Under the pieces are notes generated by a model, which saw only the letters and a program-made list of their open reading frames with translations, made no database searches and had not been told where the DNA came from. The position numbers were made by a program, and so were the translations under genes. 64,000 bases of DNA from Paramoeba atlantica (taxonomy: Eukaryota; Protista; Discosea): positions 310,001-374,000 of the forward strand of contig CDRNVI010000003.1 of NCBI GenBank assembly GCA_977017575.1, in the 5' to 3' direction. Positions 40,601 to 50,688 of this stretch are shown one piece after another. The stretch's first letter is position 1. Each line of letters begins with the position of its first letter.

Positions 40601-42010
40601 TTTACTGTTGGGTACAGCTTTGTGCGAACATTCACTTAACAGCGAAGAAATCACTTTGACGCACCTAGATAGTACCATACCATCGAGATCGCTATTTTTA
40701 GAACAAATTTCAGAGGAAGAGAGATCAAAAGGAGCGCAACATTTTAAGATAACATCTTCAACAGAGTTTCCCACTTCATCACTGAATAGATTTCTCTGAG
40801 ATCTCAATATGATCTCACAAAGTCCAAAAACGTGCCTTGAAGTACTTGATGAGATGTTTCCGCCTAGAAATGCGAAATCATGTATGATTTTAGAGGCATA
40901 AGAGGACACCAGCAGAATCCATAGTTCTCGATTATGAAGTGATGAACTGTACGAAACAATGTTTTCACACGCTTTCAGACAGATGTCCTTGTTATTCGAT
41001 GTGCACTGACTCGCATGCTGTTCCATCGCAGTTATCCAACTTAAAATTTCTTCGCATGTAACTTGAAAGGCTGCGTGCTTATCTTCTACAAAATCAAGCA
41101 GAGCACAATGATCATCCGTTACGAAACCCGTGATTCTAATAAGTGAGGGTATGGCGTTACGCAGACTCTCAAAAAGATCTTGATGTGATACCATTGCGAG
41201 CGAGAGAATGGTAATACTCGATGCTGAGACCAGGAGTTCAGTCCCGAGTTCGTAACTATGTACTGCATTTTTCAGAAGATGCGTGGCGTCCGCAACGGCG
41301 GAATTTGACGTAGGTATCATCATTGTGCTGAGCAATTCCAAAAGAGAGCTCCTGCTCTCAAAGCCGATGTCGCACTTTTGCTTGACGTTCAAGTAGAATT
41401 CCATTAGAGAGGACCCCAAAGAAGTTTCTTGGTTTACGACTTTTAGCCCACGTATAATGCTGCTGCGTAAATTATCCAAATAGGCTTCAATTTCATCAAT
41501 GCTAATAGAGTTTCTTTCCTTGAGATACTGAGGTGTATGTTCCTCAAAGAGTCTAGTAGCAGTTGCAAGAATATGGACGCCGAAATGTGTTAAAGCTACA
41601 TGTGCCTTTTCAACACTCTTAAACGCTATGGACCAGGACAACCGTGCGATTTCGCAAACCTCAGTTTCCTTATCGAATTGAGCGGCAATCCACCCGAGTA
41701 TAATATGTTTTATATGTGATGCTACTTTCAGCTTTGCTTCAACTGAGAACTCTAAAATTTGGTGTAAAATTTGTTGTATACGTTTTCTTACTAAACGATG
41801 AGGATGCATCCAATGCTCTTCGTAGGCCAGACAAAAACTTTGAACATTTTCAAGTAGAGACCCATTTCTCTGGGCAATACATACACTGATTTCGTTGAGT
41901 GATCTTAACTTTGTCACACTGTCCCTCTTTGCAAGTTTGCGAAGTGCTAATCCTACGGAGCAAGATGTTGCAGTCTCGGAAAAATCGTTTTCAAGAAATA
42001 GTTCTTCCAT
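37697..42010 (-). CDS. LTN1: E3 ubiquitin ligase listerin (ribosome quality control)
   Basis: N-terminal LRKLAKRDSVTKLRSL; C-terminal RWD-like region, FDGVEPCPICY...CKVC...FHRRCLIDWF...CPTCR RING. Confidence 0.92.
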   Translation of the reverse strand: MEELFLENDFSETATSCSVGLALRKLAKRDSVTKLRSLNEISVCIAQRNGSLLENVQSFCLAYEEHWMHPHRLVRKRIQQILHQILEFSVEAKLKVASHIKHIILGWIAAQFDKETEVCEIARLSWSIAFKSVEKAHVALTHFGVHILATATRLFEEHTPQYLKERNSISIDEIEAYLDNLRSSIIRGLKVVNQETSLGSSLMEFYLNVKQKCDIGFESRSSLLELLSTMMIPTSNSAVADATHLLKNAVHSYELGTELLVSASSITILSLAMVSHQDLFESLRNAIPSLIRITGFVTDDHCALLDFVEDKHAAFQVTCEEILSWITAMEQHASQCTSNNKDICLKACENIVSYSSSLHNRELWILLVSSYASKIIHDFAFLGGNISSSTSRHVFGLCEIILRSQRNLFSDEVGNSVEDVILKCCAPFDLSSSEICSKNSDLDGMVLSRCVKVISSLLSECSHKAVPNSKIRDIGISILGDEVLYQNTVDLISVLFAKPTFLDSSSFQDLSVESVRLFSELSAKELPSVTEKQRSHVLLDLAFASVKSKTDLLAKMKSFSVFHCLMIFQKDNTIDMAKEVILEALDDGDIERNVLLGVHSYLKQNPSGEASWASIQASFFRAALTSKSVSASSTLVDDIMTQVKPEHKNILLEVLETKYCCLSSEQIERLVERFFCTHELGGIVTTSVDSLSIVRIQDEALMFWPLTTSTVSEMPIHTEPVRRKLGRICGVLEKNVTKENASILLSLVPYRSHLFPSKGMGPLLTYLDKLCSVDIKTFLHANLFINEDPLILVWMLRNLSLQHWHNSIARHFWEMRKHKEYGAILDLISRFSTMSSYISDQTLLTQIATENEQWLGNGAKIRQFTRAINTYKTRIESLDGLGVRLLRHSRNFNVQDWNSCSKQALHYISCLEAFVGLQNAVGVCARHHDAHLLDLLFRMHNAFLSVNRAHSFDGFVSECDETYSRLLYISCECIITLSTKEDLFTKSISNRRTAAFIMVCTLYFLAVYSLGLATTLEWYTRRRIAGAISMCSSVLVSDSLLGCMSSVWHEMPWMVSNYLQGLKHRMLKWELEDERSVEDIEVHFLMIFSLFQTKPIMLNSDGSLSECSDMLQRLLETVPYAEEIRSSSPQEVKSAFQSILNTDILHVYLVIWLLFLKWIEDEHRTSCREAMVSYLERFDFTLLVKLLLILTSHRDSTQAVEFFSHTTGMRKYFTPDISLGELSSFVLYRFAKVLPLSLRSWYTDLPSHIQSYLRSTIRSVCSPILITQELSHVRSQLLDTSHALENTTIRVSTEAVVVIFEADGQKVEIRFEYPEIYPLQPLKATVMNMDTHRVLVGVRREVLRKWLLRISVALVSKSMSLWDIIELWTSNLRKHFDGVEPCPICYAVVHSESRTLPELSCKVCTHSMFHRRCLIDWFQKSTLRTCPTCRSPWGSKV

Positions 42011-42440
42011 TTTGCGCTACTACAAATTTTGTACTTGCCAGGTGAAGATACTGTATTTCTCTGCTAAATAGTTGAACATAAATAGAAAAACAGTAGAAAA
42101 GAGTTCACGATCTTTAACAGTTTGCACCACTTAAAATACAATTTAGGCTGCATACTTATAAAGCATAGCATTCATAGACATCAAGTTAGAGAACACAGGA
42201 ACTCTACTTTAAAGATTGAACTACACAAATAGGAGAAGTTTGTATTAAAAGCGCCCATATTATCTATACTCCATGTACCCATAGTCTCCCATAAATTTAC
42301 GTATCTAGCTATTTTCATGCTTTTACACATGACTCTATGCGCTCATGCATATAAGAAAGTTTATAACTTAATAAATTGTAAAACTTCTTTTGCCTCATCG
42401 CAACATAAAAAAAGTAAAGTGTGCTCATATTTTAGGTTTT

Positions 42441-43094
42441 CTACTTTGTGTGTGACTCATTTAGCTTTGATAACATACGTTCCCGATTTTCCACATTGAG
42501 CTCATCGAATAATGTCATAATCGCATTAAACATTGCCTGTTGTTCATGCTTCGGCTCACCCGTAGGGGTAAGAGCCTTTTGCTCTGTGGTATTTAATGCC
42601 TCGACGTCAACGTGTGGACTCGTTCCATCAATACCTGGTACTTGAACATCTGATGATGAAGAAAGAATATTGATGATATCACTGGAGGTAAGATTTTTCG
42701 CATGTTCCCTCTCCTCAGGGGTAACGTCAATGTTATCCAATTTCTGAAGAGAAGGACAACATCGTATAGTAAACGAACGGTAATTTTCATTTTTCGTGCA
42801 TGGATTGTCGCACAGCCACAACACACGTAGAGGAAGAGAGCTTAGATATGCCACTTGGGCGAGATCGGAGACGTTATTCTTCCTAAGATACAATTCCTTC
42901 AACTGATTGCACTTTCGAAGGGGTCTGAGCGAGTGCACTTTGTTTACGCTTAAAGACAACACTTCCAAGTTTTGTAATTCCTGTAGAATTTCAATATTAT
43001 CAAGTTCCTGACCCCACAAGCTAAAATTTCTAACCTTCAAGAGCGACCCTGCCTTTGACTTGTCTAAAATGTCTTCTGCAGAAAGAATGGCCAT
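42441..43094 (-). CDS. CFAP410: CFAP410/C21orf2-like LRR protein
   Basis: SLWGQELDNI, LEVLSLSVNKV, LKELYLRKN, LRVLWLCDNPC, YR...LQKLDN...VTPEER. Confidence 0.85.
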   Translation of the reverse strand: MAILSAEDILDKSKAGSLLKVRNFSLWGQELDNIEILQELQNLEVLSLSVNKVHSLRPLRKCNQLKELYLRKNNVSDLAQVAYLSSLPLRVLWLCDNPCTKNENYRSFTIRCCPSLQKLDNIDVTPEEREHAKNLTSSDIINILSSSSDVQVPGIDGTSPHVDVEALNTTEQKALTPTGEPKHEQQAMFNAIMTLFDELNVENRERMLSKLNESHTK

Positions 43095-43381
43095 GGTGCT
43101 GTAAAACTCTATTTTTAATATTGTATTGTACCACGTCAGTTTTTTAGGTTTGCAAAACAAAGGAAAAAATAAATAAATAAATTTAGTTTCAGAAACAAGA
43201 ACTAAAAGTAGCTTAAAAACAGATGCAGATTCAAAAAAGTGTAAAGCAGTGTATCTGCTACTAAGTAAGTAAGTGTACTTACTTAGTACACTGTACGTAC
43301 CTACATGCTGTCTATGTACAGTGTGTATCTGTTCTATGTAGAACGACCAGGTGCAACGTAGTCAAAATTTCTGGACATGCT

Positions 43382-45118
43382 TTAAAGGTTACATCCTTGA
43401 ATCAACAAAGCCAAGGCGTATGCGTCCCAAACAGGGTTATGCGCATCACTATCCGATACAAGTGTTTTAATGCGCTTCTTCAGTAATGATAGAGGTGCAT
43501 AGGACGAAAAAAGAGGGCCACTGTTCCAATCGTCGTTTGCCATGAGTTGCAGCGCCTCATGAAGCTTCGGTATTCGGTTTCCAAAGTGCTGGTAAATAGG
43601 GTAGAATGCTGTGTCGTGAGTGAAGTCAATCATATTGCGTAGAAGTCTTACGACATGAGGTTCAACTTCAACGGACTTTGGTACTGAGGCCTCAAGAGTT
43701 TCTATCAGCGCACTATGATCAGAGTTACCATAACAATACATCTTCGTATTAGGACACAGTACTGCTTGCGTGTGTAAGTATCGATACAACTCTTTTCCCA
43801 GATGTTCAAGAGAATTACAGCAACGCACTCTTGGCAAGCACAAGGAGGAATCAGATTCCGATTCAGCTTTTAAGCACTCGTAATCACCTAGATTTTGTGC
43901 CGAACTTCCGAGCAGTGACTGATCAAAGTTTTCAAAGGAAGAGGTACCCATATTAACCATTTTTGTGGAGGATGATAGGGTCGAAGACGAATATGAGTCG
44001 TAGCGTTGAAAGATTTTATGCATTCGTCTAAGTTCCTTCTGACTTAGATGATAGCATTGATATAGACCCCAAATGAGAGCTTTTGCTTCGTTCGTATAAG
44101 GTTGCGCGGCTCTTTCGAAAAGTCGATACAATTTCATGGACCCTAGCTCGTCAACTCGATTCAATAGAGAAGTGCATAATTCAGCATTTACATCCTCCAA
44201 CGATACGCTCTTATTAAGAGTGCGAATATTTGGAAGAAAGTAGGCAGCCTTCGTATTCAACTCAGTATGTAAACTTGACAGGATGTCGCATCCCATAACT
44301 GGCTCTGCAGTATTCGCCAAGTTATATTTCTTTTCTTCGGATGGAAAACCAGACTCCATTTCTGTAGCGAAGTTTTGACATCTGAGCACGGCATTTTTTC
44401 CGCTGCGTAACGCATGACCAGCTGGAAGGATGTGTGCCAGTTGTAAGGTTGTCGAAGGCCGAAGCGTATAGATAATCGTAGGATACGGAGGATATAATAT
44501 TGAATTATCGTTAGCGCTTTTTTGTTCCACAATTTTTTCACCACACAACGAATATGAATTTGCTCCGGTCTCAGGAATCGCGGTAAATGCTGCCGTTCGA
44601 ATCATAGTTTTCCGGTCAAAGCGCACAAACTCGAAATCTAAAGCTATTCTTTGGGGTGCCGTATGATTGTAATTTTGGCACCGTCCATTTCGTTGCACAG
44701 GAGATTTATTGACATTGTGAGCTACACTTTGTATGAAGTTCGATGCCTTACTTATTTCCTTTGAAAACGGTATCGAAACTGGAATAGCTCTTTCCAATGT
44801 ATTTATCCGTTCCACAGGTTTTGATCCACATGTGGATGAAATACTTGTAATTCCGGATGACTCCACATGCGAAAGGGTGGTAGTCTTACCCGTTGTCCGA
44901 GGGACTGCAGATTCGGAAGTGCAGGATTTTATGAAAGGTGCATTAATTTTCCTTTTGCCTTCCTTTCCGTTCGATGGCGAAACCTCAAGCGGAAGAACAT
45001 CAAAAGGCCCGTAAAACCATTTTAATACGGGTTTAATGATACCCATATTGGCACAATCGCGATGCTTTTTCGGAAGCCACATTTCATTAGCGCAGAACGA
45101 TGCGTCGAGGTCTTTCAC
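43382..45118 (-). CDS. Putative DEDDh-family 3'-5' exonuclease with long insertions
   Basis: ExoI IALDFE, ExoII YCYGNSD, ExoIII HNPVWDA. Confidence 0.55.
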   Translation of the reverse strand: MKDLDASFCANEMWLPKKHRDCANMGIIKPVLKWFYGPFDVLPLEVSPSNGKEGKRKINAPFIKSCTSESAVPRTTGKTTTLSHVESSGITSISSTCGSKPVERINTLERAIPVSIPFSKEISKASNFIQSVAHNVNKSPVQRNGRCQNYNHTAPQRIALDFEFVRFDRKTMIRTAAFTAIPETGANSYSLCGEKIVEQKSANDNSILYPPYPTIIYTLRPSTTLQLAHILPAGHALRSGKNAVLRCQNFATEMESGFPSEEKKYNLANTAEPVMGCDILSSLHTELNTKAAYFLPNIRTLNKSVSLEDVNAELCTSLLNRVDELGSMKLYRLFERAAQPYTNEAKALIWGLYQCYHLSQKELRRMHKIFQRYDSYSSSTLSSSTKMVNMGTSSFENFDQSLLGSSAQNLGDYECLKAESESDSSLCLPRVRCCNSLEHLGKELYRYLHTQAVLCPNTKMYCYGNSDHSALIETLEASVPKSVEVEPHVVRLLRNMIDFTHDTAFYPIYQHFGNRIPKLHEALQLMANDDWNSGPLFSSYAPLSLLKKRIKTLVSDSDAHNPVWDAYALALLIQGCNL

Positions 45119-45628
45119 CTTTTACGACTTGTACTGAAAAACTTTTGGATCACATGCGGTTTTACGCACCAATGGACAGTAGAAGACACGAATGGAAAGA
45201 GTAGAGCACAGAAACATCTATTGTATAGAAAAGGTCTAAGCGATACGGAAATACTCCATTAGGATACATGGAAAGGTAAAACTATGCTTAAACATTGTAC
45301 ATGTCATACACTACCTAAAATAAACACACTATTGTTTTTACAGATTATTTCTTTTATACTTGAAAAACAGTTTTTTCTCATCCACAAATTCGCAGTTGCT
45401 CCTACGACTCAGAGATCTAGACTCTACCCCTTTACACAGCGTAGAGGACACTTGAGCCTTCTTATCAGTGTGCCTAGCGAACGCTCCCTTTGACTCAATT
45501 ATGCATGCCCGCTTTGTCTATAGCTGATACCTCGATTATAAGGAAGCTTTTAGACATTTTCAACTCGGCTAAACCCATCATGAAAAGACCATTAAGAACA
45601 TGGACAGAGGAAGGCAAAGGGCGTTGTG

Positions 45629-45689
45629 ATTAGGCGTACATCACTACACTGTAGAGAATTTAAATATTCTCTAGTGATGTACGCCTAAT
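45629..45689. repeat. 61-nt near-perfect hairpin
   Basis: ATTAGGCGTACATCACTA / TAGTGATGTACGCCTAAT (18/18) plus inner GAGAAT/ATTCTC. Confidence 0.9.
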
Positions 45690-45765
45690 AATTCTATAAT
45701 TCAATATCAATCTCGGTTTGTAAGGCAGTACACATGCAACAAAAATTCGAACTAGTTAGAATATA

Positions 45766-46578
45766 TCAGAGCCCAGTAGTCCTATGTTTTCGATTTATTT
45801 TCAAAGTAGGACCTGTTTTGCGGTAGCATGGTTCGAGTATTTCTTCTCTTAAGGCCGTTGCAAAAGCGACCGAATCGCGGAACAGTTCTTCATATCGATC
45901 CCTAACCTCTTCAGTGGTAGAAGCAGTATCAATCGAAAGATCGACAGCTTTACGAAAAGGTACAATGGAAAAACGAATACCCGCTTTTTCGGATATGCGG
46001 AACTGCGCTTTCGCTCCCCCGGATTGCTCACTTAGTAAGACCTCAACTCGGAGTTCCATGGCTTGCCCTCTCGGTGTGAAGTCTGTCACAACACATTGCA
46101 CGTTGTGCTTTACTCGCCAGCTGCGATGCTTAGAAAGAGTCATCTCTGCAAGGCTGAGATTAACAGATTGTTGTTGTTTTAACCTAAACTCCGGAGTCAA
46201 ATCCCTGGGTAAACAAAATATCACGTGGTTTGTAGCGGTTGGCTCGTTGTTCAGGTAAATTGACCCACTTACGAAGTCAATACATAACTTTAGTTCATTC
46301 CACGAAATATCAAGATTCTTAGCATATGGAGTGCTGGCTATGAGCTTTGTAGCCCAACATATGGCGGTACTTGCCGATTCCAGAGAAGGGGCCCCCAGAA
46401 CGGAGAGCACACCTCGAGGGTAAATTTGGACTGGTGAAAAGCGAGGGTCCCGAAGGATAAGGTGTTCGGTGCTATCCTGAATGTAATAAATGACATTCCA
46501 CATATCATTCGCAAGTTGCCGAAGTTCTAGCGCAGTGTGTAAATCGCATGAAACTTTCATGCTATGCAATGCAATCAT
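45766..46578 (-). CDS. Divergent TBP-fold-like protein
   Basis: LELRQLANDMWNVIY...LILRDPRFSPVQIYPRGVLSVLGAPSLESASTAI follows the TBP repeat pattern; a weaker second repeat follows. Confidence 0.5.
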   Translation of the reverse strand: MIALHSMKVSCDLHTALELRQLANDMWNVIYYIQDSTEHLILRDPRFSPVQIYPRGVLSVLGAPSLESASTAICWATKLIASTPYAKNLDISWNELKLCIDFVSGSIYLNNEPTATNHVIFCLPRDLTPEFRLKQQQSVNLSLAEMTLSKHRSWRVKHNVQCVVTDFTPRGQAMELRVEVLLSEQSGGAKAQFRISEKAGIRFSIVPFRKAVDLSIDTASTTEEVRDRYEELFRDSVAFATALREEILEPCYRKTGPTLKINRKHRTTGL

Positions 46579-46970
46579 TCTATGTCTCGAATGCTTGCGA
46601 AGAATTAAAGGTCAGAAATTGGAACGAGTTCAAGCAACAAGAAGAAACATGAAATGTAACAGCTTCTGTCAAAATACCCGAAACACGTATTCGTCAGTGC
46701 GATTTAATGGATGAAAAATTGAGGTTGTTTAAACACGGGGTCTTCAGAAAATCGTACAACTATTTTAATGCTTCCTTCCACATCTCTTGACATTAGTATC
46801 TCAACAGATACTAATCCAGTAATCGGCAAGTAGTTTACAGTAGACTACAGAGTGTCTTCCTTCAAAACAACTAGCTTTAAACAAACAGCACGAAATTAGT
46901 GAGTTCCATAGAATTTTGTAAACATTGTAGCACATACAAGTGCATACAGTAAAGCCTAGCTCGATAGAAT

Positions 46971-47450
46971 CTAAGTCACAGATTTTATTTCGCCATTCTC
47001 TGTAGATGTGAGTCCGGATATTACATCTTGTAAGAAGGAAATACAGTTTGATACCTCTTTCTCACTAATGACCCCCGGTTTCTTTCTTGAAGGTGATGCA
47101 TTTAGTTGCAAATTGTCAGCAGAGCTTCGATTCAGAGCACCGTCACTCCGGTGTCTTGATAAAAGTGTAGAATCTGCTAATCTGACACCAGTTTCGAGTC
47201 CAAGAGAATAAACTAGACGATGATTATCTGCCTGAAGTGCTTCTACCATGCGTGATGCGGTATGAGAATCAGAGACCGAGAGAAACATTTTTCCTTCAAA
47301 GGAGTCCATAGATTCTAGCTGAGACTGATATAAAGGAAATTCTTTGCGCAGCTTGTCAAGAAGCAGGTCATTTCTTGCCCTCATGATGCTCTCAGGAAGC
47401 AGTTGTTGACCCTCCTTGTGCGGCAAGTTAAATTCAAGAACAGTCACCAT
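46971..47450 (-). CDS. Hypothetical protein (weak RRM/calcipressin-like pattern)
   Basis: 159-aa ATG-initiated ORF on the coding strand; SFEGKMFLSVSDSHTASRMVEALQ. Confidence 0.55.
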   Translation of the reverse strand: MVTVLEFNLPHKEGQQLLPESIMRARNDLLLDKLRKEFPLYQSQLESMDSFEGKMFLSVSDSHTASRMVEALQADNHRLVYSLGLETGVRLADSTLLSRHRSDGALNRSSADNLQLNASPSRKKPGVISEKEVSNCISFLQDVISGLTSTENGEIKSVT

Positions 47451-47769
47451 AAAATAATCGCCACCAATACGAAAAGCTATTAGTATTTGTTTTGCAAGAA
47501 GTAATTATGGAGAGTAGGCCAAATGGTCGAAACAATTCAATGAATTTCTATTTAAGATGATAATAAAAAAGTATGCAGAAGTGCAGTGAGTCCTCACTAT
47601 GCTGCTAACCTACTAAAGAAGAAAAACTAGGGTGTGTACAATGCAAGTAAAAATGTTGAATTACCTACCCAGAGGTCAGAGAACCGTAGTAAAGTTAGGA
47701 TGTTATGAATAAGGTGTAAGTTGTGTTTAACGAGCACCACACCACTTTCACCTATTATAGTCCTGCAAA

Positions 47770-49677
47770 TCACTTGAGTGTGGCCTGCTGTCCATTTCCG
47801 TGCCGCTGAATCCACTTGTTGCGCACACGGATCATCGCATCACATACTTGTAACTTAAATTGAAGCATGTGCGTACGATCAGATAAGAGTGCGTTCCTTT
47901 GTTCAGCTTTACGCAGTTGGACGCGCAAGTTGCAAATCTCTTGATTATGCTCTAGCAAGAGATCACTTTCCTTGTTTTCAGGAAATTCCTGGGTTGTTGA
48001 TGGCTCGGCTTCCGGCTCAGTGAGTGGAACATCGCTGTCGCGTGTAACTTCAGAATTTGCAGGGGAAGAAGCTTCAGATTTGAAATCGGCTTGCCCGAGT
48101 GTATCTTCAGCTTCGTCTACATCTACACGAAACATGTCCTTTGCGTGCATACGAAGAACCTTGTTTTCCAATTCCAGGCGATGTATCTCTTTACGAGCAC
48201 ACGAGAGTTGGGTCAAAAGACTTTGTATTGTAGGAACTGAGGCGACAGAAATACGGTTTTTGACATTTCGAGCCGTTGACCCGAATCGAAGAGTGGAAAG
48301 TGTCTCGGAAATATCAGACTCATTCGAGGACACACAAAGCACAAGAGTGGTGTGCGCGTTACCTCCCAAAGATGGTTGCAGTAGTCTCGTAAGTTTGGAC
48401 TCACGAAAGGGGCAATGGTGCGTTCGCTTTCGGGGAGTTGTGTTCGAGGCAGAAAGCGCAGCAATCACGCGTCCTAAGGTCAACAAACTGAGGTTGATGT
48501 ATTTTGCTTCATCGAGCTGTGTGCCCTCGGCAAGTGAACGAGATACCTTTTCGGAACCCGCGAGATCGACAAAGGTAAGAACTCTATGTACAACTTCCGG
48601 GTCTGCAAGGGAACCATCAAGGCTGGTTCCACAGGTCGTTGCGGAGCAGTGGAAGCTCGTAATTGCCACGAACGCAAGAAAGTGACTGCGGCTGCTGGAC
48701 TCATTGACGCGTGTAGCATCGGTAATGCGCCGCTCGTGGGATTTTGTAATGACGTCTTGCAGTTCGGCGGCGGAGGACACAGAGACGTATTGAGCGTTTC
48801 CATCGCTGTGCCCTGCGGCATACACTTGGGATGACATACCAATTTTACTCGGGGAAGCCACGGGAGGTTTCACCCTTTGCTTGGAACCCCTTTGACTCCC
48901 GAGATAACGAACCCGTTCATTGTAGATCTCCAAGCAACATACAGAGACGGTATACCCGACCAACGGAGAACTTAACACGGAACTAACGCTTCCTCTACCC
49001 TTCTCCGGCGTGGTATACCCTGTCGACACCTCACCACTCCTATCCGATACCCCTCGAGCCGAATTCACAACCCTGGACCTCACCGGTGTATCCCCATCCT
49101 TTCTCAACCCTCCTACCGGGGTGGTGGGTACACTACTTGATTGGGGCATCCCCCCCTCTCCCTCCCTCCCCACTTTCTCTCCTTCCCGTTCCCTTTCCCC
49201 CTCCTCTCCCCCCCCTCCCCGTTGCTTCACCCTCTCCAGCTCCTCAAACAGCCACCCGGTACACTGCGGCAGCAGCGCCCCCACCATGGTGTGGGTCTTC
49301 CCACTGCCGGTTTGCCCGTAGGCAAACACCGTAGCGTTGGTCCCCTCCGCGACGCAGGCGTGGACCAGGGGGCGCCCGACCTCTGCGGCCACGGTGTGCT
49401 GCGAGACACGGGAGGGGAAGACGTGGTCGAAGGTGAAGGTTCTGCGGAAGTGTGTGGAGCTCGAGGAGGAAGAGGAGCTCGAGGAGGTCGTGTTGTCATA
49501 GGGGGAGGCCGTGGGATCGGGGAGAACACGGGAGAGTTGGACGTGGGTAGAGCTAAGGGGTTTGAGAGGGGGACTGGGTGATAGGGTGGTGGGGGTGGGG
49601 GATGAGGAGGTGCCGACATGGGAAAGGGGTGGGTAGGGAGGTCGGGGACGAAGAACAACTCGGATGCGTTCCTCCAT
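47770..49677 (-). CDS. Kinesin motor protein (N-terminal motor, coiled-coil tail)
   Basis: RIRVVLRPRP, FAYGQTGSGKTHTM, NESSSRSH, DLAGSE, HCPFRESKLTRLLQPSLGGN. Confidence 0.95.
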   Translation of the reverse strand: MEERIRVVLRPRPPYPPLSHVGTSSSPTPTTLSPSPPLKPLSSTHVQLSRVLPDPTASPYDNTTSSSSSSSSSSTHFRRTFTFDHVFPSRVSQHTVAAEVGRPLVHACVAEGTNATVFAYGQTGSGKTHTMVGALLPQCTGWLFEELERVKQRGGGGEEGEREREGEKVGREGEGGMPQSSSVPTTPVGGLRKDGDTPVRSRVVNSARGVSDRSGEVSTGYTTPEKGRGSVSSVLSSPLVGYTVSVCCLEIYNERVRYLGSQRGSKQRVKPPVASPSKIGMSSQVYAAGHSDGNAQYVSVSSAAELQDVITKSHERRITDATRVNESSSRSHFLAFVAITSFHCSATTCGTSLDGSLADPEVVHRVLTFVDLAGSEKVSRSLAEGTQLDEAKYINLSLLTLGRVIAALSASNTTPRKRTHHCPFRESKLTRLLQPSLGGNAHTTLVLCVSSNESDISETLSTLRFGSTARNVKNRISVASVPTIQSLLTQLSCARKEIHRLELENKVLRMHAKDMFRVDVDEAEDTLGQADFKSEASSPANSEVTRDSDVPLTEPEAEPSTTQEFPENKESDLLLEHNQEICNLRVQLRKAEQRNALLSDRTHMLQFKLQVCDAMIRVRNKWIQRHGNGQQATLK

Positions 49678-50688
49678 GGTGACGGAGGGTGGGGATGGTT
49701 TTGGTGATGGAGTGAGGTGTTTGGTAGAGGGATGAGAAGAAAGAGAGGGTATAGGAGAAGGAAGGAAAACGAATGAATTAAATGAAAGGTCTACGAGATA
49801 TTGAAAAAAAACAGGAAAACGTTGACAGACGCACCAAGTGGAAAGCAAGTGTATCTAGCTCTCATTAGTAATTATAGTCCTTTAAAAAAGCTAGTTTACC
49901 GAAAATAATGAAATTCTAATTCAGAAACTCACTTTTACGATTATGAATTCCAATTTTTCAGTACCTAACATGAGCTCCAGAAAGCGGAGTTTAGAACGAT
50001 GGACAAATGCCTTGTTCTTCTGTTTCAGATATATTTTCTAGTGTCGTCAAGCTATTTCCGATAGGGATAACTTTGCATATTCATCACGAAGTGTAATTAG
50101 ACCGTAAAATTTGGCTTTATCTCCATTTGTGGCGTCCATACATAGACAACATTCTTTGTAAAGATTCTTGACAACATTCTAAATGACATTCTCCCATGAT
50201 CAAAAATAGATGAAAATCCAAAAAAAGACGAAAATTTCTCCTTTTATTTTCCTATATTTCGATCAGGCTAGAGAAAGTAAATCGGGTGTACAGTTATTTC
50301 ATGCACAATTCGTGTCTGTTTTGGGAGGTGCCATGATCAAAAATAAATACATAAGGATAAAATATAATGAAAAGATCTATTGAATTTGTTTGTAAGAGGA
50401 AATTGACTAAAGTGACCGATAATGGTGAACAAAGGATAAAAAAGAGGTGAATGAACCTCCATGCATAGTACAGACCCATGATAAAAAAATGGAACAAACG
50501 TTGTGAGAGCTCCGGGCAAGCTTTTCAACTAATTTCTTTGACATAAAAGGGGAACCTCTGTGCATAACAACGGAAAAATACTGTAAACCGTGTTTTTCGA
50601 ACATACTTTTCGAACATACATGTACATATATATTTTTTACATTTATATATATTTTTTTTTCCCTTTCTCCCTAAACCCCATCGCCCAG

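Noticed and set aside
43261-43286. 10-bp hairpin and alternating purine-pyrimidine tracts (also about 30790-30840, 35840-35910, 27871-27910)
   Set aside because: Low-complexity sequence readily yields such stems; no further support
6863-45118. Apparent clustering of RNA and ribosome quality-control genes (XRN1, YAE1-like, TRF4-like, LTN1, exonuclease)
   Set aside because: They are interspersed with unrelated genes, and kinetoplastid polycistrons are not functionally organised; probably chance
49940-50600. AT-rich stretch with short hydrophobic ORFs; possible mitochondrial insertion or pseudogene
   Set aside because: Multiple stops and no recognisable motif in any frame I translated
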